A stretch of DNA of 64,000 nt from Chlorokybus atmophyticus (taxonomy: Eukaryota; Plantae; Mesostigma and Chlorokybus algae). The translations under genes were made by a program, and so were the position numbers. The number at the start of each line of letters is the position of its first letter. The stretch's first letter is position 1. The notes beneath the pieces are model-generated. The model was not told the origin of the DNA. It did not search any database and worked only from the letters and a program-made list of their open reading frames with translations. Positions 1 through 13,687 of the stretch are shown here, piece after piece. The stretch lies in NCBI GenBank assembly GCA_009103225.1, contig RHPI01000797.1:116572-180571 (forward strand). Direction: 5' to 3'.

Positions 1-3000
1 ACCACCCCATACATACCTGTCTGCGCTGCTTGTCCATCCGGCGCCTATCCGCAATGTACTCCCTCACCTGCACACACGACATGCAGGTCAACATTCTGCG
101 CAATCTGTCGGTTAAGCTGCAGCTTCAACCCAATCGCAGCATACATTTGCACGGCCAACATGACGTGCTGCACTCCCCAACTCTCCAATTTCAAAACTAC
201 AGATACGTACATCATGTACAGTCCACATGTATGTCATGAGACAATGCCCCATGAAAAGGTGCTCACACCCAAGTGCGACACACCCCACGCCAAAAATGGA
301 CACAGGCGCAAGCATAAACCATGACATCATCAGGCATCACACTACTCGCACGCTTACAAGGTCTCAACCAACACTCGCAAAGCAACAGCACTCCACAAAC
401 ACCTCCACCCACCCACCCACCCACACATCCCCTCACCGCCGCCAGCTTGGCTTCATCCATGCCAAGCTCTCCCTTCCTCTTACTATCCCCACCCTCCCCC
501 TCCTTCTTCCTCTTCTCCTCCGCCTCTTTGCCCCGCCCGATCGCCCTCGCCCGCCTCGCCCGCGCGAGCGTCTTGGCCGGGTCGGCGCGGGACACTCTGG
601 GAGGAGGAGTTTGGAGGATAGGAGTCTTGAGATTGGGTTTGGGAGTGTTTGGGGGGGGGCGAGTTGAGGTGGATGTCGGGGGTGGGGTGGGTGTTGGTGT
701 CGGGGGGATTGGTGTTGGGTCGGGTGAGGAGGGGGGAGGCGGTTGTGGCGTGCTGGCGGCGGCCTGAAACAAGCAGTGAAATCTGATGGCACTTTATTTA
801 CGTGGATACTATACACCAGGGTGCACGCTTGCAAGAAGTGCATGCGCTGCACGCACGCATGCACGCACGCATGGAGTGCACTGGCCTTGTCTGCATTATA
901 CATGGAATGGATAGACACATGCATGGCCACACACACATGTAAGTAGAGTACACACGCGCGCACGCGCATTCCCACGCTGCATGCAAGCTGTGCAGCAACG
1001 CACAGATGACACACAAACCGCACGACTTGTCTCACGCACGCCAACCACAACCCCCACACACACCTGCTGTTGTTGTTTGGCCCGCACGAACTGTTTCTCC
1101 CGTCTCGCTCGCGCTTCCGCCGCGCGGGCTCTGCACGCCTCCGCTGCCGCCTTCTTTGCTTGCACCCTCTTCTCCTCCACGTTAACGACACGTTGTTGCC
1201 CTTCACCGCTCCTCTTAACTTGAGGTGGACTCGTCAACACGTTGCGCGTGCGCACGCGGGCGTTGAGCGCCTCCAACGCAAGAACTCTCTCCCTCTTCTC
1301 ACTCTCTTTGGCACGAACTTCCCGCTCGCGTGCGCTCAACTCGTCCAATGCAAGCTTCGGCTTGCGGATCGGGCTTATTGTTGTTGTTGTTGTTGCATTG
1401 GGTGGAGCGGACTTGGGCCTATGTTGAAGCCAGTGTTGTGTCGAAGGCGTGGAAGAGTTGTTGGTGGTGTTGGTGCTGGTGGTGGGTGTGATGTGGCGAG
1501 TTGGGATGAGGTGTGAGTCGGCGTGTTGTGTGTGCGTCGGAGCCCGGGCGGTTTTGGGTAGGTTGGCATAGATGTTTCTGCCACCATGCTGCTGCTGCTG
1601 CTGTTGTTGTTGATGTTGTTGAAGTTGTTGTTGTGTCTGTGTATATTGAGCGAGTAGGAGGTTCTGAGGTTGAGCAGCAGCAGCGATCTCAAACCATGCT
1701 AGCTTCCTCACACCAGCAGCCCCGTGCACCTGTGTTTGGGGGGACACAGTGTGATTATCAATACCACATGTTTGCGTTTAATGCATCAGAATCCCAATCC
1801 TCTACCATTCCATTGGCCTCCATATTGGTTGACCTGCGCATCCGTCAAAGTGCGCCTGTGCCTGCCTGTATCCGTGCGTGCGTTCGTGCGTGCATACCTG
1901 GACACAAGCAAGTGAAAATGCTGGATAACATGCACTGCTGTGTGCCGCGCGCGCGTGGGTGTGGGTGTGGNNNNNNNNNNNNNNNNNNNNNNNNNNNNNN
2001 NNNNNNNNNNNNNNNNNNNNNNNNNNNNNNNNNNNNNNNNNNNNNNNNNNNNNNNNNNNNNNNNNNNNNNNNNNNNNNNNNNNNNNNNNNNNNNNNNNNN
2101 NNNNNNNNNNNNNNNNNNNNNNNNNNNNNNNNNNNNNNNNNNNNNNNNNNNNNNNNNNNNNNNNNNNNNNNNNNNNNNNNNNNNNNNNNNNNNNNNNNNN
2201 NNNNNNNNNNNNNNNNNNNNNNNNNNNNNNNNNNNNNNNNNNNNNNNNNNNNNNNNNNNNNNNNNNNNNNNNNNNNNNNNNNNNNNNNNNNNNNNNNNNN
2301 NNNNNNNNNNNNNNNNNNNNNNNNNNNNNNNNNNNNNNNNNNNNNNNNNNNNNNNNNNNNNNNNNNNNNNNNNNNNNNNNNNNNNNNNNNNNNNNNNNNN
2401 NNNNNNNNNNNNNNNNNNNNNNNNNNNNNNNNAACTGTATGCACCTTGAAGGGGGGGCGGTGCGCCATGCATGTGCGTGCAGCTGAGACTGTGTGCTTGC
2501 ATGACAAAGACTGTAAGTGCACAGGCGCGCGCGCATGTGTGTGAGTATATGCGCGCCCGCGCACGTGCGTGTGGGTGGGTGTGGGTGTCGATGGGTGACT
2601 ATCACTCTGATAGTGCCTGCTTGTGTGTCACATTATGTGCAAGCACGCTCTGTATGCCGCTGCATGCGCGGCCAACACATGCGCATGTTGAAGCAAGGTC
2701 ACAATGTTGTGTGCGTGCACGTGTGCAGGTGCGTGCGCTCATGTGTGTGTGGGTGGGTAAGTTTCAACATTGGCTGGCTATGGCATGCAAATAGTCACGC
2801 GAGTCAATATGTGAGTCAATATGTAAGCGAGCATTTGTAGGCTTGGTACCAGCATTTCTTCTGGCATTCATTGCGTACAACCTCAAGTGCATGCATAAAT
2901 CGCTGGTATCCGGCATTGTTTCAACAGTTGCGACTGCGTTCATTTCCTCGCCGCTCCGCCCTTTTGCAAGACATACCTCGTGCCCTCCCGTCAGTGCCGC

Positions 3001-3200
3001 CGCCGCCGCCGGGGCCAATGGCAGGCTGCTCCGCCCTCCCTTCCCACCACAACTCCGGCGAAGTCGGCAGCGCTTTCATTGGTCACATCATCAACCGCAG
3101 CGTGCCGCCCTTGCCTGGCCGCCGCCGGCTGGCGCCTCACACTAGCATAGCTCACCAGGCCAGGCCAGGCCAGGCCAGGTGCTCCAGGCTGCCAACGGCT
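1..3200 (-). CDS. Partial multi-exon gene for a low-complexity Gln/Pro-rich coiled-coil protein, running off the left edge; function unknown
   Basis: Spliceable in-frame segments ...AEARARREKQFVRAKQQQQ (donor near 1068) to AAASTPQPPP...EAKLAAV (acceptor near 764), and VREYIADRRRMDKQRRQ near 20-70. Introns are (CA/GT)n-rich. 5' boundary is uncertain and a gap lies at 1971-2432. Confidence 0.45.
1971..2432. other. Assembly gap (N run)
   Basis: Run of N flanked by GT/CA microsatellite-like sequence. Confidence 0.99.
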
Positions 3201-4921
3201 ACACTGCTGCTGCTGCTGCTTGTCGTCAACCGCTAGGCTAACCACCAGAGTGTAGAATGTCTCATGCTTGCCGCCATTGTTGAGAGAATGCCTCAAACAC
3301 GCCACGTCAGTCTAGGCCGGACCAGGCCAGGTCAGGGCCAGGACTACGCCAGGCCTGGGCCGGGCGCGGAAGATATCGGCAGCGTTGTTAGTTGAAAGAT
3401 GGGCGCGCGCCCCCTCGCGTTCAAAATGCACCGATATCTTGCGCTGAGAGCGTGGACATAACTTGCAATCGATGACAAGCTCCGGAAGTAATGTTAGAAA
3501 TGACAACATCAATACTGTTGCATAGTACACAACCATTGGATCGGGGCCAGTCAGTCAAGCAAACAAGCACAACACAGCAAAGCTTGACATTACAGCACAA
3601 GGCAAAACAACGGGGTGGGGGTCCCCACTAGGCTATAGCTAAGTGCACTACCTATGGACCGGTGGAGGAGTGTGGGCAGAGGGAAGGGGGAACGGGTAGC
3701 AGCAAGCAGCAAAGGAAGCACCTGCAGAGCACAGCGGGGCATGCATGACGAAGCCAAAGGTGAAGTTAGGCCCTGAGTACAATCCATGAGACTCGCATGG
3801 TGACTCAACATTGGTGGGAGCTTATCATCGGAAGTGCCATTCTCCATGAGCTAAAGCGAGCACATTAGGTTGTGAAGGGCAGTGTCGCCTGTTACGTGAG
3901 AGCGTTTTGAGTTGCTAAAATTGCTAATTGAAAACGCTTCCATTAAGCATTTGTGCAATTGCAATGCACTGTTGTATTTGAACATAACAAGAACGTCAAT
4001 CTGCACAAAGTTTGCGTGCAGGCTTAGGGCTTTGTTTATCCAACGTGAAGGGAGCTGTAACAGAGCACCCTAACTACAATACGCTCCATATACTGAACAA
4101 AGTTGGGATGGAATCGAGGGTGGAGGTTGTGAACAGTTCATAAAGGGGTATCAGAATGAACAGATAGGTAGCCGAACTAGTTGTGGCAAAGTATGCTATA
4201 TTTGCTTAAAGAACATACAGGGCACAGCAGGCTGAGGCAGGGGGTGGTGGCGGGGGCATAGCTTTAGCGTTGTCGTCCTTGCAGTAAAGCCGGTCGCTAT
4301 CCACGCCCAGCGCCAACCCACGCCCTGTCTACAGATATAGCCATACGTGCTTGCTGGCTGCCGTTCGTCTTCAATGTCGGTTGCACTTAGCTAGTTGCTC
4401 TAGGGTCTTAGCTAAGCCCTCCAGTCAATAAAGCTCTGGGTGGGTGGGTGGGTGGTTATGCGTGTGAGACTGCCATGTGTGGGACTGCTATGTGTACAGA
4501 ATATGCGAGAGGGGTATGTGTGTGTTTGCATGTGGCATAGTGTGAGCGCATGAATGGAGCAGTCTATTAGATTTGTACACACACATGCTACAAGTCAATA
4601 GAAAGGCTATCAAATCTTATTCGCTAAGAATGCATTGATACCAACAGAAAGCTTGTATTCCTATTTTTTGCACAAAGGTGGTACCCGAGGAACCACATGC
4701 CATCATCGATTGCAAGTTATTGTTTGCGCGCATGACCATTTCAATGCGATGACTTGGCAATGAGGGCTATGACAAAGCAGCAACGCAAAATCAAATCCTA
4801 CTTGCTCAACCTCACCAACATTAAGATGCTTGCTGTAACATGCATGCCACCATGCTCGCATTCTCCGCAATCGTATCTTACAAGAAAGGTTATGTACACA
4901 CAGCCCACAGCGCAACAACAC

Positions 4922-7900
4922 TCAGTCCGTCAAGCCCATGCGGCGCTTGTAGTCGTTTACAGTGAGCTGCAGGTGTCTACCACCAACACTTGGAGGTTTA
5001 TACACCGCAGGCGGTACATATCGCCTGCGCGGGGCGGCGACGGGGTCCATCTGCTGCAGCCTTGAGAAGTCAATGTGGAGATCAAAGTCATGCAGCTTCT
5101 CCAGCACCTGCCTCGCGTCCGCCATCAGCTTCGTCACGTGACCGTGGGTCTCTCCGTCCTTGGGGGACTCGGGGACCTGAGCACCGTCCACCTCGGCACC
5201 TTGGCTTGCAATCGGCTGCAAACCGTCCGCAGTAGTAGCTTCCACTGCCTGCTTCGCATCCACAGGCGCTTTGGTCTTCCAGTAGTTCTGCGAACGAGTC
5301 CAACGACGGGAAAACGGATCCACCACAGGTCCACTAGTACCTGCAATGAAGTACAAGTGCGAACAGTTCAGCGCAGTTCACCAAGGGGTGGTTCTGTTCT
5401 GCTTGCTTTGACGAAATGTTCAGGTTTGAATGGGTTCGGCTGGGTTTGGATGTTGAGTTGGGTTCCTTTCAATTGGGCGGTTTAGTATACAATGAGTACA
5501 CTTAAAATGTCTCCTCTTCAAAGCTGGAGTTGAGAACAGTCCAAGCATGCTAGTTTAGTCAACATCCACAAAGCTGATCACTGCAGTACCTTGCTTGCCG
5601 GTGAGTTGCTGCTGCATTCGGTGGTAGCCGGTGGCGTCCAGCTTGGCGTTCTGCAGCTTGTTCCTAAGGTTGAGCGCCGCAAGCGAGGTCTTGCCATCCC
5701 GCCCGCGCATCTCCGCCACGAGAGCGTCTAGCTCTGCCAGCTGCACGACGATCGCGTCCGCCTCATCCTCATCACCCCTCTCCAGCGCAGCATCCCTTTG
5801 CAGTTTCAGCTGTCGCAACACGAAATGATCACTATCATGCACTAAGCATGCATCCACATATCGCTCTGTAACCAGCGCGCACATGCATTCCAACAATAGT
5901 GCGTGCATGTGCGCAAGTCAACTTGGCATTCAGTCAATAAGCGACTAGTTCTAGTCTGATTGGGTCCAGTGGCTGCTGATACAGTGTCCAACTGTATACC
6001 GATCTGCTGTACAATGTAGCTGTTGGTGTGGTGTCTAAACTTACCCGCTCTTTCTCAACAGCCATGTTGTGGGGTATGCGCTGCATCTTGCGCTTCTGCT
6101 CAAGGATCCCCTGCACGTCCGCGGCCGAGTACCTGAACTCTTCCGCCTTGCGCAGGTTCTGTATCCTCAAGTCAAGTTCGTGCTTCTCGAAAGGTTGACA
6201 CCTATCAGCACTGCAAACAAGAAAGACCTCTTGCACTGAGTTTCAGTGCTTACGAGAACAACATGTCATCAACATGTTGACAGCCTTGTGAACTCGCACC
6301 TTATCTTCTGTCTAAGGTCCTTCCACTCCCTTTCACTCGGCGGCTGGTTAGACAGCTCCTGAATCTTGAGCATCTGCTCCTCTTTTCCTCGTCGAGTCCT
6401 CAGATGTTTGGTTGTGATGAACGAGCCTTTGGAGCCGTCAACCCTGCACACACAATCCATCATATCATACGCAAGAACAACCGCATCAAGCCCAAACCAA
6501 CACATGTGACAACACCTGCAACAACAAAGCCAACCACAACCGTACTTGTAAGGCTGATCCGGCTTGTCCTCGACCGACACAATCTCATGCAGTAGGTAAT
6601 AGTTCTCCACGTCAGGTCGGTTCTCTCTCGTCTTGACGAGGCAGCTCGCAATTGTGTCGGCAAAAAACGGCTCGTTCAGCCAGCCGATGAGCTTCGCGCG
6701 TGGGAGGGTCGCTCGCGCGATCTGCTCAAACAAGGCTTCCTGCACGGGCTCGCGGTCGCTGTCGCGGTCCGGAGAGCGCGCATGGTTGTCGTTATCGTCA
6801 TCAGATGATGATGCGGAGTCATCCGACGCACTGGAAGGCGAACCCGAGTCGCTGCGGGGCGAGCTGCCATCCCTGTGCATGGGTGTGGGTTTCATGTCAA
6901 CTACTGTTGGCACTGGAGATGGTCCAAGGTCGACGTCATCATGTGCATACAGACAAGTTGAGCATGTTATGCTATGTGTAATCAAGTGCGCACTTGTGCA
7001 TAAAATAATAGTACCACTGGGTGGTACCCAGCACATACCTATGCAAAATGTTCAACAACTTCTTCAATCATACATGTAAATGAAGTGATGTGTCATGGCA
7101 GTCGCCATTGCATATGCTATCACAACCAAAGAATGGGTACTCGGTTAGCATTGACCCACCTGGACTGGACTCTGCTGGCCCGCCGCTCGCTGGCCTCCTT
7201 CATCTGCGTCTTCTTGGCCACAAGCTTCTCAATGGCTTGGTGCTTTGTGGTGGCTCCACCCTTCGCCACTCGCGTTGAAGATGCCCGCGGCTGACCAATG
7301 CCCATTGCATCAGCACCAAGCAAAGTTGAAACCACTGACTTGTCTGGGCCACACACAAGTGCGTGCATACACCCACAATAGCATGCACATGCCTAAACAC
7401 GCGCACGCACAAGGAAACACACACGTCCACATCGTGTGTGCATTTGAAGACGGCACCTGTGAATGCACAAGTGCGCGCGAGTCCCGCTTGTGCGAGTCTC
7501 TGTCTCTATCTCTGTCTCTGTCTCTGTCTCTCTGCTTGTTGGGGGCGGAGGGCGCGGCGGCTTCGGACTCTTTGGCGCGCTGCATGAGACTCTTTCTGTC
7601 CTGCAGGTGCTGCCTCTTTTCAGCCCGCTCCAGCAGCAACATCTCACGATCCACCTCCGTCATGGCTGTTGCAGGATCTCAATTGTCAAGGTGATGGGAT
7701 CGCTAGTGACTGACTGTCACAATAAAAGCTCTGATGGCAGATATGTCCATAATCGTAATCAATGATGTAAATTGCCTGTTGATGACCCAAAGCCCCCCGT
7801 AATCGAGTGTTTGACCTTCCAAAACCGATAGTCCAACAACAACGCGATTGCCATGCTGTATCGCTAATGCATAGGCGTTGTCAGTTACTGGAATGCCACC

Positions 7901-9045
7901 AAGCTTTGAGACTACAATGACCACACGCAAGCCAGTGAACAGCACTAGTAGTAGCAAGTTCCAATTCCACACATGTCATTGACCAAAACTGTTCACTCAG
8001 TTGCAATGCGTACCTACAACAGAGCCCGAACAAACGCACCACTTCACCACTCACTCACCGTTGAGCCTTTCTCTGTCATCGTCGTCCCCCATCAGGTCAT
8101 CCTTGAACCCATCATCAAATACGCCGTTGTTGCGGCCACCACCATCATCATCATCATCGTCCTCATCGCTGCCGAGGTCCGGTCCCCTCCCGCCACCGGA
8201 ACCCTTCTCAAAACGCTTCTTGATCGGCATGTCGCTCGCCTTGTCCACCTTGCGCGCTTTGGAACTGCCCTGTTTGCCTCTTCTTCTGTCTGCCCCTTCA
8301 TCCTGAAACGATTGCAATCAATTCCCTTTCTTAACGTTTCCATCTTGCCCCATATCTGGTTGTGGTATGGTAAGTTGTTTTGTCTGTGAACCTGACATTA
8401 GTGTAACACCCATGCTTCAGTGCGTGGGTGCCATATCACCAGAGTGCAAGCGTGCTAACAGTAATAGCTGGTACGGAACATTGGTGCTCTGCAGTGAATG
8501 GCATGTATGTGATACATGGCGTGTATGTAGCATACGTGTACTATATATTGCTTGTATGTAGTATGTGACATATAGAGCAACTGTATGCACCTTGAAAGCT
8601 CTGGAACTGGTGCTGTAGCAAGAAACTGGGTCAATTCAACAGCACTGGGATCTGACTCATTGCTCATGGTGCATGCGTGTACCTGCATGCGACAAGACAA
8701 TCTACTCAGAGGTGCCTACATTTCCAACGTCCTTGCTGACACACATTGTGGTTGATAACACCATGACAGCTGGTAATATGCGGGTAAGAGGTTCACGTTA
8801 CAACCAACTAGCAATGCTGAAGCTGTTGTTTGATGGATGTATATCGGTGCTAGCATGACTCAGTACTGGCACAAGGCGTGCTATAATTTTACCTCAGAGG
8901 ACGACGGAGACAAGGAATCCTCATCGCTCGAGTAAGCCCTTTTGCTGCTCCTATTGCCTCCGCCTCCGCCTCCGCCTCCGCCACCTCCTCCTCGCTTGTT
9001 ACCTACAACCTCCAATAGATCGTCGTCTAGGTCGTCTGCCCCCAT
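4922..9045 (-). CDS. RTF1: RNA polymerase II-associated PAF1 complex subunit RTF1/VIP5 (Plus3 domain), multi-exon
   Basis: Start MGADDLDDDLLEVVG; acidic N-terminus with MTEVDREMLLLERAE; Plus3 domain IARATLPRAKLIGWLNEPFFADTIASCLVK...LKIQELSNQPPSEREW; C-terminus LTVNDYKRRMGLTD* resembles the RTF1 tail; GT-AG introns. Confidence 0.9.
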
Positions 9046-10082
9046 GACGACGCCTCCTTCACCGCCGCCGCCGCCGCTTTCACTGCCTGCCTGGGCAGGG
9101 TTAGGGCTTGCAGCGGAAGCTATTTGCACTTTGCTTCCAGTGAGAACCGGCTTCCGCTAAAAACCTTCCTTTGTGCGTCACGTGAGCTGTGTATGTCAAG
9201 ATACGGTGATCGCTTACAGCACTGACGGTACAATTACGTGGCGTTACGCGTGTTAATGAGACGACTGTGTATGCAAATAGCAACAGAGATAGAGAGATGC
9301 ATCATCTCAGATGATGGGTGCATAGTTTGCGTGCCAGCAATTGGTCAGCACGTGAACGGACCGTGACTTGAGTCCAACACTGTGTCAGTGTCCAGCAGTT
9401 ACACTATTGTAAGAGAGGTGCAACACTTGTTGGACTGCTGATCTGTGTGTGGTTGTGTGTGCATCAAACACAACAATAACAGAACTCCTTCTAGTGTAGT
9501 TCTGCTACGTGTAAGCGGATGAATTACACTTTGGCACACCGTACGCCGCATTAGCTCAGATCTGACTCATTGCAGATAGTTGCATGCCTGTGGGGAACCT
9601 ATATTATAGTTGGGTTGTGCGTATGTGCTGTAAGGAGAGAGGCAATCAGTAGTTGTGTGGTTTGGAATTTGCTGTAAGCATGCAGCACAGTGCGTATGGA
9701 CGCACACTGCGAGCGAGCGAAGGAGTGACATACGAGACAAGAAGTAGTACTAGTGATGATGTTGCTTCCAACAATAATGGCGTCGACACCACCGTTGTCA
9801 TCGCCGAGGGAGAAAGCGAACGCACCCCACGCAGCGCCACCTTGCGGTAACCCATGATACATCTCAAACGCACGCAAGCACGCACGCGCGCACACTCAGA
9901 TACTCACTCACACGCACACGCACACTCGCGCGTGCACGCACATACACACTCGAGCACACACGCGCGCATACACAATTTCCTACCCTCAACTACATCTTCT
10001 TGCGGTAGCCCATGACTTGTCTCACACATGTGCACGCACACACGCACGAACTCACCCTTCCTCTCCTTTCAGGTCCAAAACC

Positions 10083-13000
10083 ATGTTCAGCGATTCCAAG
10101 CTCCGCTCCTCCTCCTCTCTCTCCTCCTCCCACACTCTCCCCCCTCACCCCTCACTCCACCCTTCCACACTGCCGCCAGTGCAGGCCCACATGGACAGCA
10201 TGAGGCGGGTTGACTTGGTTGAAGAGGAGGAGAGGAAGGGGAAGGGGAAGGGAGGGAGTGGGAGGGAGAGGAGACCCGCGTTCCATGAGGACCCGCTGAC
10301 GGAAGAGCTGTGCGGGGGGTTCACGCTGCATGGTGAGGGGGAGAGATGGTTGTGGTTGTTGTTGTTCTTGTTGTTGTGCGTGTGGGAGTGAGGCCTCACA
10401 GGAGGCTGTGTGCAGCGGAGAGGAAGAGGCTGCGTGTGCGCGTGAGTGTGCCTGTGTCCGTGCTTGCAGCTGCGAGCATGTGCTTGCTGAAGTGTGCGTG
10501 CGCGCGCGTGCGTGTGCATGTGCGTGTGTGTCTGTGCACGCACGCATGCGCCCACACACGCCCCCCCCCCCCCCCCCCNNTCTTTCCTCACCCTCCCTCT
10601 CTCCCCCCCTCTCCCTCTCCCCACTCTCAGCCCTCCCCAAATCCTGCGAGCTCTCCTCCTCCCTCCCCCGTCGCTTCATCTGGCTCTTCATCTTCCTCTT
10701 CTTCCTTGCCCTCTTCATCTACACCACCGCTCTACAAGTAAAAGACTACCGCCGTTACCCCACCTCGACCGACGTGGACGTGTCGACGGCAACATCACTT
10801 CCTTTTCCCTCAGTATCAATATTCAGCAACAATCCCGTGAGGGCGAGTGCGGCGAGGGGACACGTGTATGAAGAGGATGTGTGTGGAGTGGGGGGTGGAG
10901 GTGGGGGGGATGTTGGGGGGATTGTTGTTGGGAATATCGGGACGAGTTTCAAGAGGTATCCGCTGGATTGGACGGATGAGGATATAATTGCGAGGGGGCA
11001 TAGGCTGGAGGAGTTGATACTGGACTGCTCCTTCGACAATGCGGTGAGATGATGTTGGGGTGTTAATGACACACATGCACACACACGCACGCATGCACAC
11101 ACGCGCGCAAGCACGCACAGAGTGTACTCGTCCTTGTTGGTGTATCGTTACAGGAGGGATCAACTGGCTTTATGTGCACATCAGCAAATGTGCACATAAA
11201 GCCAGTTGATTGAAGCTTGCGTTGTAGAATGTTAGTTGGGTCTCATATGTGATACTATATGCAGCCATGCGAGAAAGGGGACTTGACTTCTTCGGTGCCT
11301 CCCTTCCCCTTCAAGCGCTACGGTCCCGCCCACTCGTTCGACATCTTCGGACTGAAGCACGCGACGTCCAACGGGCCGGGAGGCGGACTCCAACTCATCA
11401 TGGATATACAACCGGTAAGTAATAATAATATCTAACATCCAGCAGGACAGCCCCGCATGTGTGCGTGTGCGTGTATGCATGCGTGTTGATGACATTTTCC
11501 TGTTACTTTTGTATCCACCAGGAGGAGTACTGTCCCAGCACTTGGTCGAGGGGTGTGATGGTGGAGCTTCACAGCCACAGCCATCTCCCTCCAGAGCGCG
11601 TGATGGAACACATCGGTGAGTGAGGCAACAATGGTTGCATATCGTTAATGTGCATGAGTTGCGCTGATGACAACTGTCCGACAGACCCCAGGGAGCGCAT
11701 CACCATCGCGCCGGGGTTTGTGTGGACGCTTGCGTTAACGCGAACAGAGGTGGAAAGCCTCAAGCCTCCGTACAGTAAGTGATGTGTGCGTGCATGCATG
11801 CACACGCGTGCGCTCTTAATCCGTGTTGGTAACAACCTGTGCGTGCACAGATGAGCCCTGCATCGACCTTGCCAACGGCGAAACCTTCCCTTATGTAAGA
11901 CAACTTCCCGCATCACTTAATCCCTAATATGCTTACTCACTGACTTTTTAACTCGCACGCACGCGCGCACGCGCACGCGCGCGCATGCAGCCTTGGATCA
12001 AGCATGCACACGCAAATGCACAAGCACACGCACACGCACACGCACATCCCCACTTGCCCACTCCCCCACCCACCCACCCTCTCACCCACCCANNNNNNNN
12101 NNNNNNNNNNNNNNNNNNNNNNNNNNNNNNNNNNNNNNNNNNNNNNNNNNNNNNNNNNNNNNNNNNNNNNNNNNNNNNNNNNNNNNNNNNNNNNNNNNNN
12201 NNNNNNNNNNNNNNNNNNNNNNNNNNNNNNNNNNNNNNNNNNNNNNNNNNNNNNNNNNNNNNNNNNNNNNNNNNNNNNNNNNNNNNNNNNNNNNNNNNNN
12301 NNNNNNNNNNNNNNNNNNNNNNNNNNNNNNNNNNNNNNNNNNNNNNNNNNNNNNNNNNNNNNNNNNNNNNNNNNNNNNNNNACACCCCCCTCTCACTCCC
12401 CTCCAGCGTACCGCCCTCCTGGACTGTGTACTAGCCTGCCCCGCAGCCCCTCCTTCCAACATCAGCACATCGGATCCCACCGCCAATGCCGCTCGCACGC
12501 TGGGCGACCTGTACAGCCCCGGCGCGGCGGCGCACCTGTCGGAGAGCGAGCTGCTGGCGCTGGCGACGACCCAGGGGAAGAAGTGCGTCGGGGAGTGCTT
12601 CCAGAGCGTCACGTTCAAGTGAGGGAGGGAGGGAGGGAATGAGTGACTCACACAGTTGACTTGACCGACACACTCACTCTCAGTTATTCATATACATGCA
12701 TACGCGTATGCCCATGCATGGGGCGCATCTGCACACACGCGCCCGCACAACACAAACACGTTCACCCACACACCCCCAACCCCCCACCCACACCCACTCA
12801 TCCACCCTCCCCCACACCCACCCACCCACCCACCCAGGCTCTGTCAAACCACCTCCTTCGCCAAGTACATCGGCGCCTCTTCCTTCCCTTCTCCCTCCGC
12901 CCTGCCCTCCCTCCTCTCCTCCTTCGGGTCGCGCTTCGGTCTGTCCGACGTGAACCTCACGGACGAGACGGAAGCTGCGAGGGCGATGGAGGTTGTACGG

Positions 13001-13687
13001 GGGAGAATGGTGGTGCTGCAAGTGTACTACGAGAAGCTCACGCAACAGACGTGAGTGGGTGGTGTGGATGTTGGGAGTGTGCAGTTGTGCACGACGTGCA
13101 GTGCATGCAAGAAAAAGGGGATGTGGTGTGGGGTGCAAGGAGATCTTTTGTGCGCACACACATGTGTGCACAACTCCGCGCGCATATGTGCACGGATGTA
13201 TGTGCGTGAGCGCGTGTGTGTGTGTGCACGCACGTAGTCACACACATACCCCGGCATGTGCGCATGTGTTCGCTGACTGAAAGTACGTACTTCCACACAC
13301 GTGCATACCCACACACACACTCACCCACCCTCACCCACCCACCCACCCATCCACCTTCCCCTCCTCCCCAGTTTTACCCAGAGGCGCCAGCTCTCCTTCG
13401 TCTCCCTTGCCTCCTCCATCGGCGGCCTGTCCGGTCTGCTCCTTGGCGCCTCGGTCGTGACGCTGTTCGAGCTGGGGGAGATCGCGGCCGTCCTGTTCTG
13501 CGCGCACGGGGGGGAAGCTGTGGCGGGGAGGGGAGGGGATGGGAGGGAGAGGATGGCCGGGAGGTTCAGGAGCAAGAAGAGTGGGGATGGGAGGAAGGAT
13601 GGGGGCGACCATGCTGGGGCGTCGGCGTCGGAGAGGAGGAGGAGCTTCAGTGAGTGGTATATGCAGAGAAGGGTGTCAAACGCGTGA
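10083..13687 (+). CDS. DEG/ENaC (amiloride-sensitive sodium channel / ASIC-like) family channel. Exons 10083-10332, 10631-11043, 11265-11414, 11522-11615, 11685-11774, 11851-11894, 12407-12618, 12838-13050, 13372-13687
   Basis: Pre-TM1 GFTLH(A); TM1 RRFIWLFIFLFFLALFIYTT; post-TM1 YPTSTDVDV...LPFPSVSIFSNNPVR; GHRLEELILDCSF; YGPAHSF; GPGGGLQLIMDIQPEEY; GVMVELHSH; IAPGF; VVLQVYYEKL; TM2 SSIGGLSGLLLGASVVTLFE with the GAS filter. All splice phases close with GT-AG. A small exon could be hidden in the gap at 12093-12381. Confidence 0.9.
11159..11210. repeat. Perfect 23-bp inverted repeat with a 6-nt loop inside intron 2 of the channel gene
   Basis: atcaactggctttatgtgcacat-cagcaa-atgtgcacataaagccagttgat. 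Confidence 0.9.
12093..12381. other. Assembly gap (N run) in an intron of the channel gene
   Basis: Run of N. Confidence 0.99.

Noticed and set aside
1-1750. INCENP assignment for the leftmost coiled-coil gene
   Set aside because: Only compositional similarity; no IN-box visible in the window
1786-2840. Long ORFs across N gaps and CA/GT-rich introns (also 11948-12651)
   Set aside because: Artefacts of N runs and stop-poor microsatellites
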